The position numbers were made by a program, and so were the translations under genes. A stretch of DNA of 64,000 nucleotides from Chrysomallon squamiferum (Eukaryota > Animalia > Mollusca). How positions within the stretch are numbered: the first letter of the stretch is position 1; each line of letters begins with the position of its first letter. The stretch is from assembly GCA_012295275.1 (NCBI GenBank), contig CM022670.1, forward strand, positions 2,790,001-2,854,000, read 5' to 3'. Shown piece after piece: positions 62,578 through 64,000 of this stretch. Under the pieces are notes generated by a model. That model saw nothing but the letters and a program-made list of their open reading frames with translations. It was not told the origin of the DNA and did not search any database.

Positions 62578-62657
62578 CAATAATAATAATAATATTTTTT
62601 GATAAAATATAACTACATACCTGCTACTATCACGAAAAACAAACTGTTCATCTTCAT
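61865..62657 (-). CDS. HG9: type-B short secreted His-Gly peptide, 43 aa (exons 62657-62621, 61959-61865)
   Basis: MKMNSLFFVIVA|VIFMLTARTTTA-RHGHHGHGHGHGHHGHHHG*. Exon 1 is 37 nt, with donor AG|GTATGT and acceptor tttcAG, in frame. Confidence 0.75.
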
Positions 62658-64000
62658 ATTTAATTTTTTTCTTCTTCTTCAACTTCGTGTGTACTTGCTA
62701 TCAAATGAAGAAATCAAGCTGCTGAACACTTACAAAAACTCATCTATTTAACGTGTTTTTAAATCAGGCGTATTTTCATTGTTCTCGGCTCGTTTTCCTG
62801 ATTCTAACTGTTCATTTAGACTCCATGAACCATGATCTTTCCTGGTTCAGACAATACGTTTACCACTACATTAACCCTTTTCACAAAGCTTGTGTGAAAT
62901 TTAAAAGATAAAATGGGAAAAAAAAGGTTTCAAATGATACTGTTATGGTGTGTCGTGTAAAGACGAATTGATGTGTAACGTACTATCAAAGTCACGCCTG
63001 TAGTTTGGGCGTGATAATGTTGTTTTATGATGAGATAAGTGTTTTCGTTATGTTTACATTGTAATATAATTGTGATAACGCACCCAGTAAAACTGATAGC
63101 GATTATTGGATGTTAACGAATTTTGTTGTATATATGTAATGAGACAAATTTTTATTGTTCTTCGTTTAGGCTTTTTTTATTCTTTTAGCCTGTTGGTATT
63201 TTTTTTTCTTTTTGTTTCTTTTGTGCATAGTATGTCGTTGTTGTTGTTGCTGTTATTTTTTGGTTTATTTATATATTTACTTATTTTTATGGTGTTGAAT
63301 TTTTTTTAATTTTATTAATTTTTTGTCTGTTACATACTACTAGTGCTATTGGGTTCACGGTTATATATATATATATATATTTTTTGATCAGGGACAAAAA
63401 TTTATATTATTATTTACCCTTTTTGGTAGAGATCAAATTAAATTTAAAAAAATAATAATAATCCCCCAAAATGAGTTGCATTCTGAAATAATTTATTGAA
63501 GTCTAAGAAAACGTGTTTAATTAATTGGTATTTTTTTACACCAGAAGAAAGACACTTTATTTTTTTCCCAATTAGTAGAAGGAATCATTTATAACAAAAA
63601 CACACAAAAAAAAACAAAAACACACACTCACACGAGGCTAAAGGAACTTTCAGCAGGCGAACTGTTTAGAAAATCTGAAACCCACGAGAGAACACTGTCT
63701 TAGTTCACGTGTCCTAGCGGACGAAAAGAATAAATAAAATAAATAAATAACTTTGTGGTCTAAAGGGAAAAAGCAGCTTCAGATACAACCAACCCACTGA
63801 CCTGATACGCACGGTACACTGTTTTTTTATGGTTCAGTGACGAGTTGAAAACATTTAATATTAAAGACTGTTAAGTACATGTTTTTTTTTGTTGTTTTTT
63901 TAATAATAATTATCACACGAAACTGGGTGTACTGCATAACGATGAAATTTGTAAACCAAGAATAACAAAATTTTATCTTTAAAAAATATTTAACGAATGT

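Noticed and set aside
45180-62800. Metal-response elements (TGCRCNC) or iron-responsive elements at the His-Gly genes
   Set aside because: None were noticed in the proximal promoters or UTRs by eye, so metal-inducibility is not supported by these motifs. A formal scan is needed.

Overview
AT-rich, microsatellite-dense genomic DNA from an animal. An invertebrate, probably lophotrochozoan/molluscan origin is inferred from composition and gene style only. Spliced models were built by eye from GT-AG sites and frame continuity. From left to right the window holds: (1) the last three coding exons of a Dachsous protocadherin (+, 21-3865); (2) a 4-exon MS4A/CD20-like four-TM gene (+, 7888-10610); (3) a 6-exon uncharacterised ~864-aa gene (-, 11902-18685); (4) a 2-exon 64-aa secreted peptide gene with a C-C-CC-C-C cysteine framework, which the ORF track misses (-, 20428-21479); (5) ~18 kb of non-coding DNA with GC-richer islands; (6) an SCL/TAL1-family bHLH gene (+, 39717-40508); (7) an ~18 kb cluster (44.5-62.7 kb) of tiny two-exon genes for secreted peptides made almost entirely of His and Gly, the main highlight. 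The cluster has 8 intact genes and 3 decayed copies. The intact genes share a phase-1 intron inside the signal peptide and a C-terminal HHG-stop. Eight copies share a 3'UTR stem-loop whose substitutions keep the base-pairing. The cluster also shows conserved promoter blocks and ~2.5-2.8 kb tandem duplication units.
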